From the NCBI RefSeq assembly GCF_013167455.1, contig NZ_CP038328.1: a stretch of 64,000 nt of DNA; one strand, written 5' to 3'. Of this stretch, positions 1 through 12,595 are shown piece by piece. The notes below the pieces were generated by a model. The model was not told where the DNA came from. It did not search any database and saw only the letters and a program-made list of their open reading frames with translations. Numbering within the stretch: the stretch's first letter is position 1; the number at the start of each line of letters is the position of its first letter. A program made the position numbers and the translations under genes. This DNA comes from Escherichia coli O157:H7. Lineage in GTDB: Bacteria > Pseudomonadota > Gammaproteobacteria > Enterobacterales > Enterobacteriaceae.

Positions 1-1537
1 CGAGTTTGTGTTTGTCGAAAACAACTCAGACGACAACTTTTTCGTCACTCCTGGCGGGGCGCTGGATCCGCGCCTGACCGGTGCCAACCGCTGGACCGGT
101 TTAAAATACAATGGTTCAGGAACCATCTATCAGCAAAGCCTCGGCTACATTGATAACGGTTACAACACCGGCCTTTATACCAACTGGAAGTTTGATATGT
201 GGCTGGAAAATTCACCAGTTTCATCTCCTTTAACTGGCTTGCGCTGCATCAACTGGTACGCTGGGTGTAATATGACCACCAGTCTTATCCTGCCGCAAAC
301 CACCGACACCAGTGGATTTTATGGCGCGACGGTGACCAGCGGCGGCGCGAAGTGGATGCACGGCATGTTGTCAGACGCGTTTTACCAGTATCTGCAACAA
401 ATGCCCGTCGGCAGCAGCTTTACAATGACCATCAATGCCTGCCAGACCTCTGTGAACTATGACGCCAGCAGCGGCGCACGCTGTAAGGATCAGGCCTCCG
501 GCAACTGGTATGTTCGCAACGTCACCCATACGAAAGCAGCAAATCTACGGTTGATAAATACCCACTCGCTGGCGGAAGTATTTATCAACAGCGACGGAGT
601 ACCGACTCTGGGCGAAGGGAACGCCGACTGCCGGACGCAAACCATCGGCAGCCGTTCAGGATTAAGTTGTAAGATGGTTAACTATACCCTGCAAACAAAC
701 GGACTCAGCAACACCTCAATCCATATATTCCCGGCGATCGCCAACTCGTCGTTAGCCTCGGCCGTCGGGGCGTACGATATGCAGTTCAGTCTGAATGGCA
801 GTTCATGGAAACCGGTGAGCAATACTGCCTATTACTACACCTTCAACGAGATGAAGAGCGCAGACTCGATCTATGTTTTCTTCTCGAGCAACTTCTTTAA
901 GCAGATGGTGAACCAGGGAATCAGCGATATCAACACCAAAGATCTATTCAACTTTCGCTTTCAGAACACCACATCACCGGAGTCTGGCTGGTATGAATTT
1001 TCTACCTCCAACACGCTGATTATCAAACCCCGTGATTTCAGCATCAGTATTATCTCCGATGAATATACTCAGACACCGTCGCGGGAGGGATATGTCGGCA
1101 GCGGCGAGTCGGCACTCGATTTCGGCTATATCGTAACCACCAGCGGTAAAACAGCTGCCGACGAAGTGCTGATCAAGGTGACCGGACCCGCGCAGGTGAT
1201 TGGCGGGCGCTCCTATTGTGTCTTCAGCTCCGATGACGGTAAGGCGAAAGTACCGTTCCCGGCGACGCTTTCCTTTATTACCCGCAACGGAGCTACAAAA
1301 ACCTACGATGCCGGGTGCGATGATAGCTGGCGGGATATGACCGATGCGCTGTGGTTGACCACACCGTGGACTGATATCTCTGGCGAAGTGGGGCAGATGG
1401 ATAAGACCACAGTCAAATTTTCGATTCCAATGGATAACGCCATTTCTCTGCGTACGGTAGATGATAACGGCTGGTTTGGCGAAGTCAGCGCTTCAGGAGA
1501 AATTCATGTTCAGGCGACGTGGCGTAACATTAACTAA
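1..1537 (+). CDS. ecpD: EcpD/YagW-like fimbrial tip adhesin of the common pilus (5' end cut by window start)
   Basis: Frame is open to the window edge; 509+ aa, Ser/Thr/Asn/Gly-rich secreted-protein composition; followed by chaperone, ykgJ, yagU, paoABCD in the conserved ecp-pao order (recalled synteny). Confidence 0.6.
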   Translation, partial: EFVFVENNSDDNFFVTPGGALDPRLTGANRWTGLKYNGSGTIYQQSLGYIDNGYNTGLYTNWKFDMWLENSPVSSPLTGLRCINWYAGCNMTTSLILPQTTDTSGFYGATVTSGGAKWMHGMLSDAFYQYLQQMPVGSSFTMTINACQTSVNYDASSGARCKDQASGNWYVRNVTHTKAANLRLINTHSLAEVFINSDGVPTLGEGNADCRTQTIGSRSGLSCKMVNYTLQTNGLSNTSIHIFPAIANSSLASAVGAYDMQFSLNGSSWKPVSNTAYYYTFNEMKSADSIYVFFSSNFFKQMVNQGISDINTKDLFNFRFQNTTSPESGWYEFSTSNTLIIKPRDFSISIISDEYTQTPSREGYVGSGESALDFGYIVTTSGKTAADEVLIKVTGPAQVIGGRSYCVFSSDDGKAKVPFPATLSFITRNGATKTYDAGCDDSWRDMTDALWLTTPWTDISGEVGQMDKTTVKFSIPMDNAISLRTVDDNGWFGEVSASGEIHVQATWRNIN

Positions 1538-2216
1538 GGCCCTGCTGACAGCGGTCTGTATGCTGGCGGCACCTTTGACACAGGCGATTTCGGTCGGCAA
1601 TCTGACTTTTTCACTGCCGTCCGAGACTGACTTTGTCAGCAAACGTGTAGTGAATAACAACAAAAGCGCGCGGATATACCGTATTGCCATCAGTGCTATC
1701 GATAGCCCGGGCAGCAGTGAATTACGCACCCGACCGGTGGATGGTGAACTGCTTTTCGCCCCCCGCCAGCTGGCGTTGCAGGCTGGTGAGAGCGAGTATT
1801 TTAAATTTTACTATCATGGGCCACAGGATAACCGCGAGCGCTACTACCGGGTCTCATTTCGCGAGGTCCCCACTCGTAACCTGACAAAACGCAGCCCTAC
1901 CGGCGGTGAGGTTAGCACGGAGCCGGTGGTGGTGATGGATACCATTCTGGTAGTACGACCACGTCAGGTTCAGTTTAAATGGTCCTTCGATCAGGTGACC
2001 GGAACGGTAAGTAACACCGGCAACACGTGGTTTAAGCTACTGATTAAACCAGGATGTGATTCGACCGAAGAGGAAGGCGATGCCTGGTATCTACGTCCGG
2101 AAGACGTGGTTCATCAGCCTGAGTTACGTCAGCCGGGGAATCACTATCTGGTCTATAACGACAAATTCATTAAGATTAGCGATTCCTGTCCGGCTAAGCC
2201 CCCTTCGGCGGACTGA
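1506..2216 (+). CDS. ecpE: EcpE/YagV-like periplasmic pilus chaperone
   Basis: ATG at 1506 preceded by AGGAGA RBS; signal-peptide-like N-terminus ([15 protein letters not shown]); 236 aa, expected size and position after ecpD. Confidence 0.6.
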   Translation: MFRRRGVTLTKALLTAVCMLAAPLTQAISVGNLTFSLPSETDFVSKRVVNNNKSARIYRIAISAIDSPGSSELRTRPVDGELLFAPRQLALQAGESEYFKFYYHGPQDNRERYYRVSFREVPTRNLTKRSPTGGEVSTEPVVVMDTILVVRPRQVQFKWSFDQVTGTVSNTGNTWFKLLIKPGCDSTEEEGDAWYLRPEDVVHQPELRQPGNHYLVYNDKFIKISDSCPAKPPSAD

Positions 2217-2528
2217 TACTTATCCATCGGTCGAGGGAAGAATTCCACCTCAGAGACTCAAAAATCGTTTAAATGATGTGGAAGCGATCGTCAATATCAC
2301 CTGTAACGATAGGCTTTCTCATATGCACACCACAGTGTTCAGGAGACACGGAAAGGTACCAGGCGGCCTGCTAACGAGTGGTTTCTTCACTAATTAGGAC
2401 GTAAAATCGGTAACGGCTGGAAATCATTCAATACTCACACTATCGAAAGTACACCAGCCAACCGCGATACGTCCCTGCATACGACGTACCGCAGTTCTCT
2501 TTACGATTTATAGCTGTACTGGTGAATT

Positions 2529-2858
2529 ATGAGCAATCTGAATCCATGCATGACGTGTGGTGCCTGTTGTGCATTTTTCCGCGTCTCTTTCTACTGGGCC
2601 GAAGCCGACGATGCTGGCGGCACTATTCCCGCCAGGCTCACTGAACAAATATCCCCTTTTCACCGATGCATGAGCGGAACTAATCAGAAAAACCCCCGAT
2701 GTATTGCCCTTGCAGGAACCCCGGGCAAAAATGCCTGCTGCACGATATATAAAAATCGATCGTCCACATGCAGAGAATTCGCCATGTCTGGTGAGAACGG
2801 AGTCGTCAATGAGGCTTGCAATCGTGCAAGGGCTAAATACGGGCTGACACCGTTATAA
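2529..2858 (+). CDS. ykgJ: YkgJ-like Cys-rich zinc/iron-chelating domain protein
   Basis: 109 aa with N-terminal CxxCxxCC motif ([11 protein letters not shown]); conserved position between ecp and yagU. Confidence 0.6.
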
Positions 2859-3105
2859 ATATACAATAATTATTTGCACTGCCCCGCCAGCTGTAATAGC
2901 GGGGCTTCGTTTTTCAGGGGTAACAAACCCCGATACTTCTTCTATTTGCCAGCAACAATGCCTCTCTTCTGTAGCGTTCTTCGGATCTACATCATCCTGA
3001 AGTAGCGCGATATACTCACTGACTATCTGAATCAGAATATAAAAAGCAATGTTTTTAACCTATAAAAATGGCGCTGTATTTGCGCCATTTTTATCATTCA
3101 ATGCA

Positions 3106-3720
3106 TTATCTGTTTGAGCCTAAAGGGATCTCAGGGTCTGGCTCATGAGTAATTCTGTTTCGTAAATCTCTGCGAATAATTTCAATGGACCAGAACCAGA
3201 CTAAATGTCCAAAAATTTCAGAAACATTCTCATACCACGGGAGATCAAACAGAGGTGGTGTCAGTCCCATGAGAGGGAATGAAATCATATGAACAAAAAG
3301 TTGGGCTAAAGCACCTGCCAGTAAGCCCTGCCAGAGTTTAATTTTTGGAAATACTTCTGCGACCACACAATAACCGACAGCAAACACTATCGAAAAGATA
3401 ATGTGCGTAACACCAACCCAGTTAAAGACATGCCCGGCAAAGGTATAAACAGCCGCATTGGGATCTGTCAGCCCCAGCCAGTCTCGAAGAAAAATATACG
3501 GAGGATTGAGAAAATTACGCGAGCAATCAATTTGCCCAGCAGCCCTGATTAATGATTCCGGGCCACACGCTGCATTAAACATATCCACCGGGCTACGTGG
3601 CGGCAATGGAACTTCAGCCCCCCACTTCACAAATGCGGAAACAACGCCAGCAATCAGCCCAATGAATGCAGCAAGACCATAACGTCTGCGGTTCGGTGGA
3701 GTTTGTTCAAATATATTCAT
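3106..3720 (-). CDS. yagU: YagU-like inner membrane protein (DUF1440)
   Basis: 204 aa with several hydrophobic helices; divergent from paoA as in E. coli. Confidence 0.6.
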
Positions 3721-4137
3721 ATCTACCCTGCTTGTACCATTATGTTATACACCTCTTTAGGAGTATTCATAAAACAAGGTAAATGTAAAGAACTGTATTG
3801 TTTTGTATAACAAGATGGTTGTCTAATCACCAAAGAATATAAGCACCATCATTTCTCCCTATTTTTATATTAGAAGTGACATAGATTTGCAGGGTGATGC
3901 AGAGCTGACAATCACAGGTTTCCTTATCGGTTTTTGCATCGTACAACTAAAGCAATAAACCAGCTCCCATCATCATCAACATCCCGGCGAACATGAATTT
4001 ATTAGCCGGGCTCATAGCTGCATTCGCGTTTTAAGAATAATCCTCCTGCTGTCGCCGACTATGCTTAACGTTTAAAAAAGCATCAGCACTCTCGCAACGC
4101 ACTCTTATTTTCCCCTTTAGAATACCGGAGGCCTGGT

Positions 4138-4827
4138 ATGAGCAACCAAGGCGAATACCCCGAAGATAATCGGGTTGGGAAGCATGAGCCGCACGATTTA
4201 AGTTTGACCCGTCGCGATCTGATTAAAGTGAGCGCCGCAACGGCGGCGGCCGCCGTGGTTTATCCTCATTCTACGCTTGCGGCAAGCGTTCCGGCAGCTA
4301 CACCCGCGCCTGAGATAATGCCCCTGACACTTAAGGTGAACGGCAAAACCGAGCAGCTTGAGGTGGATACCCGAACCACGCTACTGGACGCTTTGCGTGA
4401 AAATCTGCATTTGATCGGTACCAAGAAAGGTTGCGATCACGGACAGTGCGGAGCCTGTACCGTGCTGGTCAATGGTCGCAGGCTTAATGCCTGCCTGACG
4501 CTTGCAGTCATGCATCAGGGGGCCGAGATCACCACCATTGAAGGCCTGGGTTCACCAGATAATCTTCACCCCATGCAGGCGGCCTTTATCAAGCATGATG
4601 GCTTCCAGTGCGGCTACTGCACCTCCGGGCAAATTTGCTCATCAGTAGCGGTGCTAAAAGAGATTCAGGACGGCATTCCCAGTCACGTCACGGTCGATTT
4701 GGTTTCCCCTCCAGAAAGAACTGCCGATGAGATCCGTGAACGTATGAGCGGCAACATCTGTCGCTGTGGTGCATACGCTAACATCCTTGCCGCCATTGAA
4801 GACGCTGCGGGGGAGATAAAATCATGA
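4138..4827 (+). CDS. paoA: Periplasmic aldehyde oxidoreductase 2Fe-2S subunit PaoA (Tat-exported)
   Basis: Twin-arginine motif ([16 protein letters not shown]); ferredoxin cysteine clusters ([24 protein letters not shown]); 229 aa. Confidence 0.85.
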   Translation: MSNQGEYPEDNRVGKHEPHDLSLTRRDLIKVSAATAAAAVVYPHSTLAASVPAATPAPEIMPLTLKVNGKTEQLEVDTRTTLLDALRENLHLIGTKKGCDHGQCGACTVLVNGRRLNACLTLAVMHQGAEITTIEGLGSPDNLHPMQAAFIKHDGFQCGYCTSGQICSSVAVLKEIQDGIPSHVTVDLVSPPERTADEIRERMSGNICRCGAYANILAAIEDAAGEIKS

Positions 4828-5780
4828 AGGCGTTTACCTATGAACGAGTGAACCCCCCCGCCGAGGCGGCACTTAGCGCTCAGCGCGTACCCGGCGCAAA
4901 ATTTATCGCGGGCGGGACCAATCTGCTGGACCTGATGAAGCTGGAAATTGAAACGCCCACCCACCTTATCGATGTGAACGGGCTCGGGCTCGATAAGATC
5001 GAAGTGACCGACGCGGGTGGGCTGCGCATCGGCGCACTGGTACGGAACACCGACCTGGTGGCTCACGAGCGCGTGCGTCGTGATTACGCGGTACTCTCCC
5101 GCGCCCTGCTCGCTGGCGCGTCTGGTCAGTTACGCAATCAGGCAACCACAGCAGGTAATCTGCTCCAGCGCACGCGCTGCCCCTATTTTTACGACACCAA
5201 TCAGCCCTGCAATAAGCGCCTGCCCGGGAGCGGCTGCGCGGCGCTTGAAGGCTTTAGCCGTCAGCACGCGGTGGTAGGCGTAAGCGAAGCCTGCATTGCC
5301 ACCCATCCGAGCGATATGGCGGTCGCAATGCGGTTGCTGGATGCGGTGGTGGAAACCATCACGCCGGAGGGAAAGACTCGCAGTATCACACTGGCTGATT
5401 TTTATCACCCACCGGGGAAAACGCCGCACATTGAAACCGCCCTGCTTCCCGGTGAGCTTATCGTTGCGGTGACGTTACCTCCGCCGCTCGGCGGAAAACA
5501 TATCTACCGTAAGGTGCGCGATCGCGCCTCCTACACCTTTGCCCTGGTATCGGTCGCGGCGATTATTCAGCCTGACGGCAGCGGGCGCGTCGCGCTGGGC
5601 GGAGTAGCACATAAGCCCTGGCGCATTGAGGCTGCGGATGCTCAGCTATCCCAGGGGGCGCAGGCCGTATATGACGCGCTGTTCGCCAGCGCCCATCCCA
5701 CCGCTGAAAACACCTTTAAACTCCTGTTGGCGAAGCGAACGCTTGCCTCCGTACTGGCTGAAGCGAGGGCACAAGCATGA
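4824..5780 (+). CDS. paoB: Aldehyde oxidoreductase FAD-binding subunit PaoB
   Basis: Overlapping start/stop with paoA and paoC; 318 aa CO-dehydrogenase flavoprotein-like; operon context. Confidence 0.8.
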   Translation: MKAFTYERVNPPAEAALSAQRVPGAKFIAGGTNLLDLMKLEIETPTHLIDVNGLGLDKIEVTDAGGLRIGALVRNTDLVAHERVRRDYAVLSRALLAGASGQLRNQATTAGNLLQRTRCPYFYDTNQPCNKRLPGSGCAALEGFSRQHAVVGVSEACIATHPSDMAVAMRLLDAVVETITPEGKTRSITLADFYHPPGKTPHIETALLPGELIVAVTLPPPLGGKHIYRKVRDRASYTFALVSVAAIIQPDGSGRVALGGVAHKPWRIEAADAQLSQGAQAVYDALFASAHPTAENTFKLLLAKRTLASVLAEARAQA

Positions 5781-7975
5781 AATTTGATAAACCCGCAGGG
5801 GAAAACCCGATCGATCAGCTGAAGGTTGTCGGTCGTCCCCATGACCGCATCGACGGACCGCTGAAAACTACCGGCACGGCACGCTACGCCTACGAATGGC
5901 ATGAAGAATCCCCCAACGCCGCCTATGGCTATATCGTCGGTTCCGCCATTGCCAAAGGACGCCTCACCGCCCTTGATACGGACGCCGCGCAAAAAGCGCC
6001 GGGCGTACTGCCTGTCATTACCGCCAGTAACGCCGGGGCACTCAGTAAAGGCGACAAAAACACCGCCAGGCTGTTAGGCGGCCCCACTATTGAGCACTAT
6101 CATCAGGCCATTGCTCTGGTAGTGGCCGAGACCTTCGAACAGGCGCGAGCGGCGGCCTCGCTGGTGCAGGCGCACTATCGCCGTAATAAAGGAGCTTACT
6201 CCCTGGCGGACGAAAAACAGGCCGTCAGTCAGCCGCCGGAAGACACGCCCGACAAGAACGTCGGTGACTTTGACGGGGCTTTCTCCTCCGCTGCGGTGAA
6301 GATTGATGCTACCTACACGACCCCGGACCAGAGCCATATGGCGATGGAGCCGCATGCCTCGATGGCCGTCTGGGATGGAAATAAGCTTACTCTCTGGACC
6401 TCAAATCAGATGATTGACTGGTGCCGCACCGATCTGGCAAAAACGCTGAAAGTGCCCGTGGAGAATGTGCGTATTATCTCCCCGTATATCGGCGGAGGGT
6501 TTGGCGGCAAGCTGTTCCTGAGAAGCGATGCGCTGCTGGCGGCCCTCGCCGCCCGAGCGGTGAAACGTCCGGTTAAAGTGATGCTCCCCCGCCCCTCTAT
6601 TCCCAATAACACCACGCACCGCCCCGCCACCCTTCAGCACTTGCGTATCGGTGCCGACCAGAGCGGGAAAATCACCGCTATCTCACATGAAAGCTGGTCT
6701 GGAAACCTGCCCGGCGGCACGCCGGAAACGGCGGTACAGCAAAGCGAATTACTCTACGCCGGGGCAAACCGTCATACCGGCCTGCGGCTCGCCACGCTTG
6801 ATTTGCCGGAAGGGAACGCCATGCGTGCGCCCGGCGAAGCCCCCGGTCTGATGGCGCTCGAAATCGCGATCGACGAACTGGCGGAAAAAGCGGGCATCGA
6901 TCCCGTCGAGTTTCGCATCCTGAATGACACTCAGATTGACCCCGCCGACCCGACGCGCCGCTTCTCTCGCCGTCAGCTTATCGAGTGCTTGCGCACCGGA
7001 GCGGATAAATTTGGTTGGAAGCAGCGCAACGCCACACCCGGACAGGTGCGCGACGGGGAGTGGCTAGTCGGCCACGGCGTCGCGGCGGGCTTTCGCAATA
7101 ATCTGCTGGAAAAATCGGGGGCTCGGGTTCACCTCGAACCAAACGGCACCGTTACCGTGGAAACGGACATGACCGACATTGGCACCGGCAGCTACACCAT
7201 TCTGGCCCAGACGGCAGCGGAAATGCTTGGCGTACCGCTGGAGCAGGTTGCGGTTCACCTCGGCGATTCCAGTTTCCCGGTTTCTGCGGGTTCTGGTGGA
7301 CAATGGGGCGCGAATACCTCCACCTCCGGCGTTTACGCCGCCTGTGTGAAGCTTCGCGAAATGATTGCCTCGGCAGTCGGGTTTGATCCTGAGCAGTCGC
7401 AGTTTGCCGACGGCAAGATTACCAACGGTACCCGAAGCGCCATACTACATGAGGCCACCGCAGGCGGCAGACTGACAGCGGAAGAGAGCATTGAATTCGG
7501 AACACTGAGCAAGGAGTACCAGCAGTCGACCTTTGCCGGGCATTTTGTGGAGGTCGGCGTGCATAGCGCGACGGGAGAAGTTCGGGTCCGGCGTATGCTC
7601 GCTGTGTGTGCTGCAGGACGCATCCTGAATCCGAAAACTGCACGCAGCCAAGTCATTGGCGCAATGACTATGGGCATGGGCGCGGCACTGATGGAGGAGC
7701 TGGCGGTGGATGACCGTTTGGGCTACTTCGTTAATCACGATATGGCGGGGTATGAGGTGCCGGTCCATGCGGATATCCCAAAACAGGAAGTGATTTTCCT
7801 GGATGATACCGACCCCATATCCTCCCCGATGAAGGCCAAAGGTGTCGGTGAGCTGGGCCTGTGCGGCGTGAGCGCGGCTATCGCCAACGCGGTGTATAAC
7901 GCCACCGGTATTCGGGTACGCGATTATCCCATCACTCTGGATAAGCTGCTCGATAAGCTGCCGGATGTGGTTTAA
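5777..7975 (+). CDS. paoC: Aldehyde oxidoreductase molybdopterin-binding subunit PaoC
   Basis: 732 aa xanthine-dehydrogenase-family large subunit; translationally coupled in the pao operon. Confidence 0.8.
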   Translation: MKFDKPAGENPIDQLKVVGRPHDRIDGPLKTTGTARYAYEWHEESPNAAYGYIVGSAIAKGRLTALDTDAAQKAPGVLPVITASNAGALSKGDKNTARLLGGPTIEHYHQAIALVVAETFEQARAAASLVQAHYRRNKGAYSLADEKQAVSQPPEDTPDKNVGDFDGAFSSAAVKIDATYTTPDQSHMAMEPHASMAVWDGNKLTLWTSNQMIDWCRTDLAKTLKVPVENVRIISPYIGGGFGGKLFLRSDALLAALAARAVKRPVKVMLPRPSIPNNTTHRPATLQHLRIGADQSGKITAISHESWSGNLPGGTPETAVQQSELLYAGANRHTGLRLATLDLPEGNAMRAPGEAPGLMALEIAIDELAEKAGIDPVEFRILNDTQIDPADPTRRFSRRQLIECLRTGADKFGWKQRNATPGQVRDGEWLVGHGVAAGFRNNLLEKSGARVHLEPNGTVTVETDMTDIGTGSYTILAQTAAEMLGVPLEQVAVHLGDSSFPVSAGSGGQWGANTSTSGVYAACVKLREMIASAVGFDPEQSQFADGKITNGTRSAILHEATAGGRLTAEESIEFGTLSKEYQQSTFAGHFVEVGVHSATGEVRVRRMLAVCAAGRILNPKTARSQVIGAMTMGMGAALMEELAVDDRLGYFVNHDMAGYEVPVHADIPKQEVIFLDDTDPISSPMKAKGVGELGLCGVSAAIANAVYNATGIRVRDYPITLDKLLDKLPDVV

Positions 7976-7984
7976 GGAGGAACA

Positions 7985-8941
7985 ATGTCATACCCGCTTT
8001 TTGATAAAGACGAACACTGGCATAAGCCAGAGCAGGCGTTTCTCACCGATGACCACCGGACCATTCTGCGCTTCGCCGTAGAGGCGCTAATGTCCGGTAA
8101 AGGAGCGGTGCTGGTGACGCTGGTGGAGATACGCGGCGGCGCGGCGCGCCCGCTCGGGGCGCAGATGGTGGTGCGCGAAGATGGTCGTTACTGCGGTTTT
8201 GTCTCTGGCGGCTGCGTGGAGGCCGCTGCCGCTTTTGAAGCGCTGGAGATGATGGGCTCAGGCTGCGATCGCGAAATTCGCTATGGCGAAGGTTCGCCGT
8301 GGTTTGACATCGTTCTGCCCTGCGGCGGTGGGATCACGCTGACGCTCCATAAACTACGCTCGGCACAGCCTCTGCTCGCCGTGCTGAACCGCCTGGAACA
8401 GAGAAAACCGGCGGGGCTGCGCTACGATCCGCAAGCACAATCGTTGGTGTGCCTGCCCACGCAAACCCGAACGGGCTGGAATCTCAATGGCTTTGAGGTG
8501 GGGTTCAGGCCATGCGTCAGGCTGATGATTTACGGACGTTCTCTTGAGGCGCAGGCAACCGCGAGTCTTGCAGCAGCCACAGGCTATGACAGCCATATCT
8601 TCGATCTTTTTCCGGCCTCAGCCAGCGCTCAGATCGATACCGATACGGCGGTCATTTTGCTGTGCCATGATCTCAACCGGGAGCTGCCAGTGTTGCAGGC
8701 CGCGCGAGAAGCAAAACCCTTTTATCTCGGCGCATTGGGCAGCTATCGAACCCACACGTTACGTCTGCAAAAGCTCCACGAGCTGGGATGGTCCAGGGAG
8801 GAGACAGCGCAAATCCGGGCACCCGTCGGGATATTCCCCAAAGCCCGGAATGCGCATACACTGGCCCTCTCCGTGCTGGCAGAAGTCGCCTCTGTACGTC
8901 TCCATCAGGAGGAGGATTCATGCCTGCCCCCGTCGTCCTGA
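7985..8941 (+). CDS. paoD: XdhC-like molybdenum cofactor insertion chaperone PaoD
   Basis: 318 aa directly after paoC with AGGAGG RBS; XdhC/CoxI-like; operon context. Confidence 0.7.
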   Translation: MSYPLFDKDEHWHKPEQAFLTDDHRTILRFAVEALMSGKGAVLVTLVEIRGGAARPLGAQMVVREDGRYCGFVSGGCVEAAAAFEALEMMGSGCDREIRYGEGSPWFDIVLPCGGGITLTLHKLRSAQPLLAVLNRLEQRKPAGLRYDPQAQSLVCLPTQTRTGWNLNGFEVGFRPCVRLMIYGRSLEAQATASLAAATGYDSHIFDLFPASASAQIDTDTAVILLCHDLNRELPVLQAAREAKPFYLGALGSYRTHTLRLQKLHELGWSREETAQIRAPVGIFPKARNAHTLALSVLAEVASVRLHQEEDSCLPPSS

Positions 8942-9119
8942 TCCTTGCGGCCGGGCGTGGAAAGCGCTTTCTCACCTCCGGGGGAAATACCATAAATTAA
9001 GAGAAAAATTTGCAGTAGCCGTTTTAGAAAATCACCTAAATCGTTTAAAAGAGCGCCCTACCCATAGTGGTTGCTCATCGCCTTGTGTAACTTTTTCAGC
9101 AACGCGCGCCCTCGCCGGA

Positions 9120-10313
9120 CTAAAGCGCACCGGCCTTCTGGCGTGCTGTAACAAAGGTCAGTACGCCCGCGCAAAGGAGCAGCACACTACTCATGGCAAA
9201 CGTACTCTGCCAGCCAAGGCGGTCAAACACGATGCCTCCTGCCGTTGATCCAAGGGCGATTGAGAGCTGAATCACCGCGACCATGAGCCCGCCTCCGGCT
9301 TCGGCGTTGTCAGGCAACGTACGCGCAATCCATGTCCACCATCCGGTTGGCGCGGCGGTGGCCAGCATGCCCCAGAGTCCTAACAGCAGCGAGACCATCC
9401 AGACGTGATGCCCGGTAAGCATCAGACCGATGGCAATGACGGCCATCAGTCCGGGTATGGCCATCAGCGTGGGGTAGAATTTTCTGTTGAGAAATATCGA
9501 AACAACCAGCGTGCCAATAAAACCGGCCACGCCGATAATCAGCAAAATCAACGACAAGCCTAAGGAATTAACCCGTGTCACCGACTCCAGAAATGGGCGC
9601 ACATAGGTGAATAGCGCAAACTGCCCCATGAAAAACAGGCCACAAGCTATCATGCCGACCACAACCATGCGGCGGCTAAATAAGCGGAATACCGCGCCAC
9701 ATGACGTGTGGCTTTTATTCGCATCCATGCTGGGCAGACTAATGCACTGCCAGATAAAGGCGACAACCGCCATGGGCACCAAGCACAAGAAAGCGCCTCG
9801 CCATCCGACCGTAGCCCCCAGATAGCTTCCCAGCGGCGCGGCCACGACCGTCGCCAGCGCATTACCGGCGTTGAAAATCGCCAGCGCACGCGTGACCTGA
9901 TGCTGCGGCACCAGACGAATCGCCGTTGCCGCTGACATCGACCAGAATCCGCCAATGGCCACACCAATCATCGCACGACCGACCATATACATCAGATAAC
10001 TGGTAGCCAGCGCAATAATAAGCCCCGATACGGCCATCAGAACCGTCATCCCCAGCAGCAGGAACTTACGATTCATCTTTCCAGCTAGCGTTGAAAGCGT
10101 CAGGCTGGTCAGAACCGCCAGCGCACCGGAGATAGCAATCCCCCGCCCTGCCAGCCCCTCCGTCACGCCCAGGTCACGGGCAATCGGCGTGAGCAGGCTG
10201 ACGGGCATAAATTCAGAAGCAATCAGCACAAACACGCACAGGGTCATGGCAAAAATACCGCCCCAGTATGCGTGCTGATGATGAGGTGATGGTGTTTGGC
10301 TTAGTGTCGACAT
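9120..10313 (-). CDS. MFS transporter (DHA1-like efflux permease)
   Basis: 397 aa, about 12 predicted transmembrane helices, MFS-type composition. Confidence 0.7.
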   Translation of the reverse strand: MSTLSQTPSPHHQHAYWGGIFAMTLCVFVLIASEFMPVSLLTPIARDLGVTEGLAGRGIAISGALAVLTSLTLSTLAGKMNRKFLLLGMTVLMAVSGLIIALATSYLMYMVGRAMIGVAIGGFWSMSAATAIRLVPQHQVTRALAIFNAGNALATVVAAPLGSYLGATVGWRGAFLCLVPMAVVAFIWQCISLPSMDANKSHTSCGAVFRLFSRRMVVVGMIACGLFFMGQFALFTYVRPFLESVTRVNSLGLSLILLIIGVAGFIGTLVVSIFLNRKFYPTLMAIPGLMAVIAIGLMLTGHHVWMVSLLLGLWGMLATAAPTGWWTWIARTLPDNAEAGGGLMVAVIQLSIALGSTAGGIVFDRLGWQSTFAMSSVLLLCAGVLTFVTARQKAGAL

Positions 10314-10388
10314 AGTGAAATTTCACAAAGATCAGGATAAAAGCCACCGGCCATAGACCGGTGGCTTTGCATCAATTCAGGGGAGGTT

Positions 10389-11546
10389 TTATTTCAGTTT
10401 GGTCTGGAAAAATTGTTCGAACTTCGCGAAAGGTATTTTTCCGGCCACGTTATCGTACAGGTCCACGTGATTTGCCCCTGGTACCACCACCAACTCTTTG
10501 TCTTTACTGCCAACCGCCTTGTAAGCATCTTCAGCAAAATAGCGTGAATGTGCTTTCTCACCGGTCACAATCAGCGTCGGAATGGTGATTTCACTGGCGT
10601 AGCTCAACAGCGGCATATTCATAAATAACAGCGGCATCGTTGCCGTCCACGCCCCGGTAGAGTTAACGGAACGTTCGTGGAAGCCGCGCGGCATGCGATA
10701 GTAGTCAAAGAACTCTTTCAGTACCGGATGAGGATTTGCCGGCAGCGTTTCTGGCAGAATGCGCTCGCCCGCACTGACCTTGCCGTTGCTATCGACATTA
10801 ATATCATGACCACCGTGAGCGAACGTTCCGCTCTGCGCATCCTTCCAGCGCTGTTCATTCAAATATTGCAGAACAGCACGACGGTCGGCGGTAGAATAAC
10901 GGTCTTCGCCATCCCCCACACCATGGCCCATCGCCCGGCTCATGTCATACATCACGCTGGTAGCAACCGCTTTAACGCGGGTATCCATCGCCGCGTCGTT
11001 CAGCGCCATGCCGCCCCAGCCACAAATACCGAGCAGCCCGATACGGTTGCGATCTACCTCTTTTTGCAGCCCTAAGAAATCCACCGCCGCGCTGAAATCT
11101 TCAGTGTTGATATCCGGTGAGGCGACATTTCGCGGATAGCCGCCGCTTTCCCCGGTGTAAGAAGGATCGAACGCCAGGGTAACAAACCCTCGTTCCGCCA
11201 GCGTCTGCGCATACAAGCCGCTGGATTGCTCTTTCACCGCGCCAAATGGCCCACTGACCGCAATCGCCGCCAGCTTGCGATCGCCACGGTCTTTAGGCAG
11301 GTAAAGATCGCCCACTAAGGTGATGCCATATCGGTTCGGGAACGAGACTTTACGGTGATCGACTTTCTGGCTCTCGGCGAACGTTTTATCCCATTTATCG
11401 GTCATGGACACAGGGGCATTAGGATTGGTTGAATCAGCATAACTCATTGTCGTGACTCCACTTAATGATGCGAAAAGCAGCATGACCGGCATCGCGGTTT
11501 TTAGCGTTCGGGTGAAGGCTTTCATAAAAATCCCCATAAAAAACAA
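10389..11546 (-). CDS. Secreted alpha/beta-fold hydrolase (dienelactone hydrolase / S15 peptidase-like)
   Basis: Signal peptide (AMPVMLLFASLSGVTTMSYA); nucleophile elbow-like GICGWGG; 385 aa. Confidence 0.55.
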   Translation of the reverse strand: MFFMGIFMKAFTRTLKTAMPVMLLFASLSGVTTMSYADSTNPNAPVSMTDKWDKTFAESQKVDHRKVSFPNRYGITLVGDLYLPKDRGDRKLAAIAVSGPFGAVKEQSSGLYAQTLAERGFVTLAFDPSYTGESGGYPRNVASPDINTEDFSAAVDFLGLQKEVDRNRIGLLGICGWGGMALNDAAMDTRVKAVATSVMYDMSRAMGHGVGDGEDRYSTADRRAVLQYLNEQRWKDAQSGTFAHGGHDINVDSNGKVSAGERILPETLPANPHPVLKEFFDYYRMPRGFHERSVNSTGAWTATMPLLFMNMPLLSYASEITIPTLIVTGEKAHSRYFAEDAYKAVGSKDKELVVVPGANHVDLYDNVAGKIPFAKFEQFFQTKLK

Positions 11547-11692
11547 CAGAGAGATACAGGTTTCCGACGGACAACGCTGCGGTGCTTTACTTTGATGGGG
11601 TCATTATAGTGAGCAGAATTAGTGCTGATTAGGGGGCGATTAATGCTAAGATTAATACCATATTGTTATAAATTAATGCTGAGATTGCCGGC

Positions 11693-12595
11693 ATGAAGGG
11701 GAATGTTTCAATGGCAAAAAGGGAGAACTACAACGAGCTATACCTGTTTATGCAGGTGGTGCGGGAAGGCAGCTTTACCGCAGCGGCTAAGCGGCTGGGT
11801 CTTGCTCAGTCAGGAGTCAGCCGTTCTGTTCGCGAGCTTGAAGAAAGGCTGGGCGTCCAGCTGCTGGTGCGCACCACGCGTAAACTGTCGCTGACGCAAG
11901 CAGGCGAGCAGCTCTACCAGAAGACGGCATCTGGATTTGAAATGTTAGATCTTGGGCTTGCCACGCTGGCGCACTATCGAGAGACGCCCTCCGGCACGGT
12001 GCGTATCAATGCCAGCCAGCACGCGATTGATAAATGCCTGCTGCCAAAGCTGGCGGTATTTAAACAGCGATATCCTGATATCCAGCTTGAACTGATAAAT
12101 GAGAGCCGGTTCGTCGATATCATCGAGGAAAGATTCGATGCAGGTGTCCGCCTGGGGCCTGAAGTCAGCCAGGGCATGGTCGCGGTACGCATCACGCCCG
12201 ATATGGAGATGGCAATTGTGGGGACTCCGGAACATTTTCGTCGCTATGGTTTTCCGCAAACCCCGGCGGATTTAAAGGCGCATCCCTGTATCGCCTATCA
12301 GTTTGCCGACGGCAGCGTATACCAGTGGGAACTCAATCAGGATGATAAAAAAATCACTCATCAACCCGAAGGACAATGGGCCTTTTCCGACAGCTATATG
12401 GAAGCAGAAGCCGCCCGGCTGGGCCTCGGGTTGGCCTATGTTCCTGTTGAACTGGTCGCGGATGATTTAGAACACGGTAAGCTTATCAGAGTGTTGCAGC
12501 GTTACAGCCTGCGAATGGAGGGATTGTTTCTCTATTACCCTCATCGCAACGTCTCCCCCGCTCTGCGGATGGTCATTGATACATTGAAAATCTGA
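11693..12595 (+). CDS. LysR-family transcriptional regulator
   Basis: N-terminal HTH (FTAAAKRLGLAQSGVSRSVRELEERLGVQLLVRTTRKLSLTQAG) plus substrate-binding domain; divergent from hydrolase gene. Confidence 0.8.
   Translation: MKGNVSMAKRENYNELYLFMQVVREGSFTAAAKRLGLAQSGVSRSVRELEERLGVQLLVRTTRKLSLTQAGEQLYQKTASGFEMLDLGLATLAHYRETPSGTVRINASQHAIDKCLLPKLAVFKQRYPDIQLELINESRFVDIIEERFDAGVRLGPEVSQGMVAVRITPDMEMAIVGTPEHFRRYGFPQTPADLKAHPCIAYQFADGSVYQWELNQDDKKITHQPEGQWAFSDSYMEAEAARLGLGLAYVPVELVADDLEHGKLIRVLQRYSLRMEGLFLYYPHRNVSPALRMVIDTLKI

Noticed and set aside
2056-2397. 113-aa ORF overlapping the 3' end of ecpE
   Set aside because: Largely overlaps a well-supported gene in another frame, with no RBS or motif; likely spurious
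5642-7768. Multiple 60-120-aa antisense ORFs inside paoC and paoB
   Set aside because: Embedded in strongly supported GC-rich coding regions; high GC content generates long spurious antisense ORFs
8544-9248. 234-aa ORF spanning the paoD 3' end and the paoD-MFS intergenic region
   Set aside because: Arg/Pro/Cys-rich low-complexity translation overlapping paoD out of frame; typical GC-rich alternative-frame artefact
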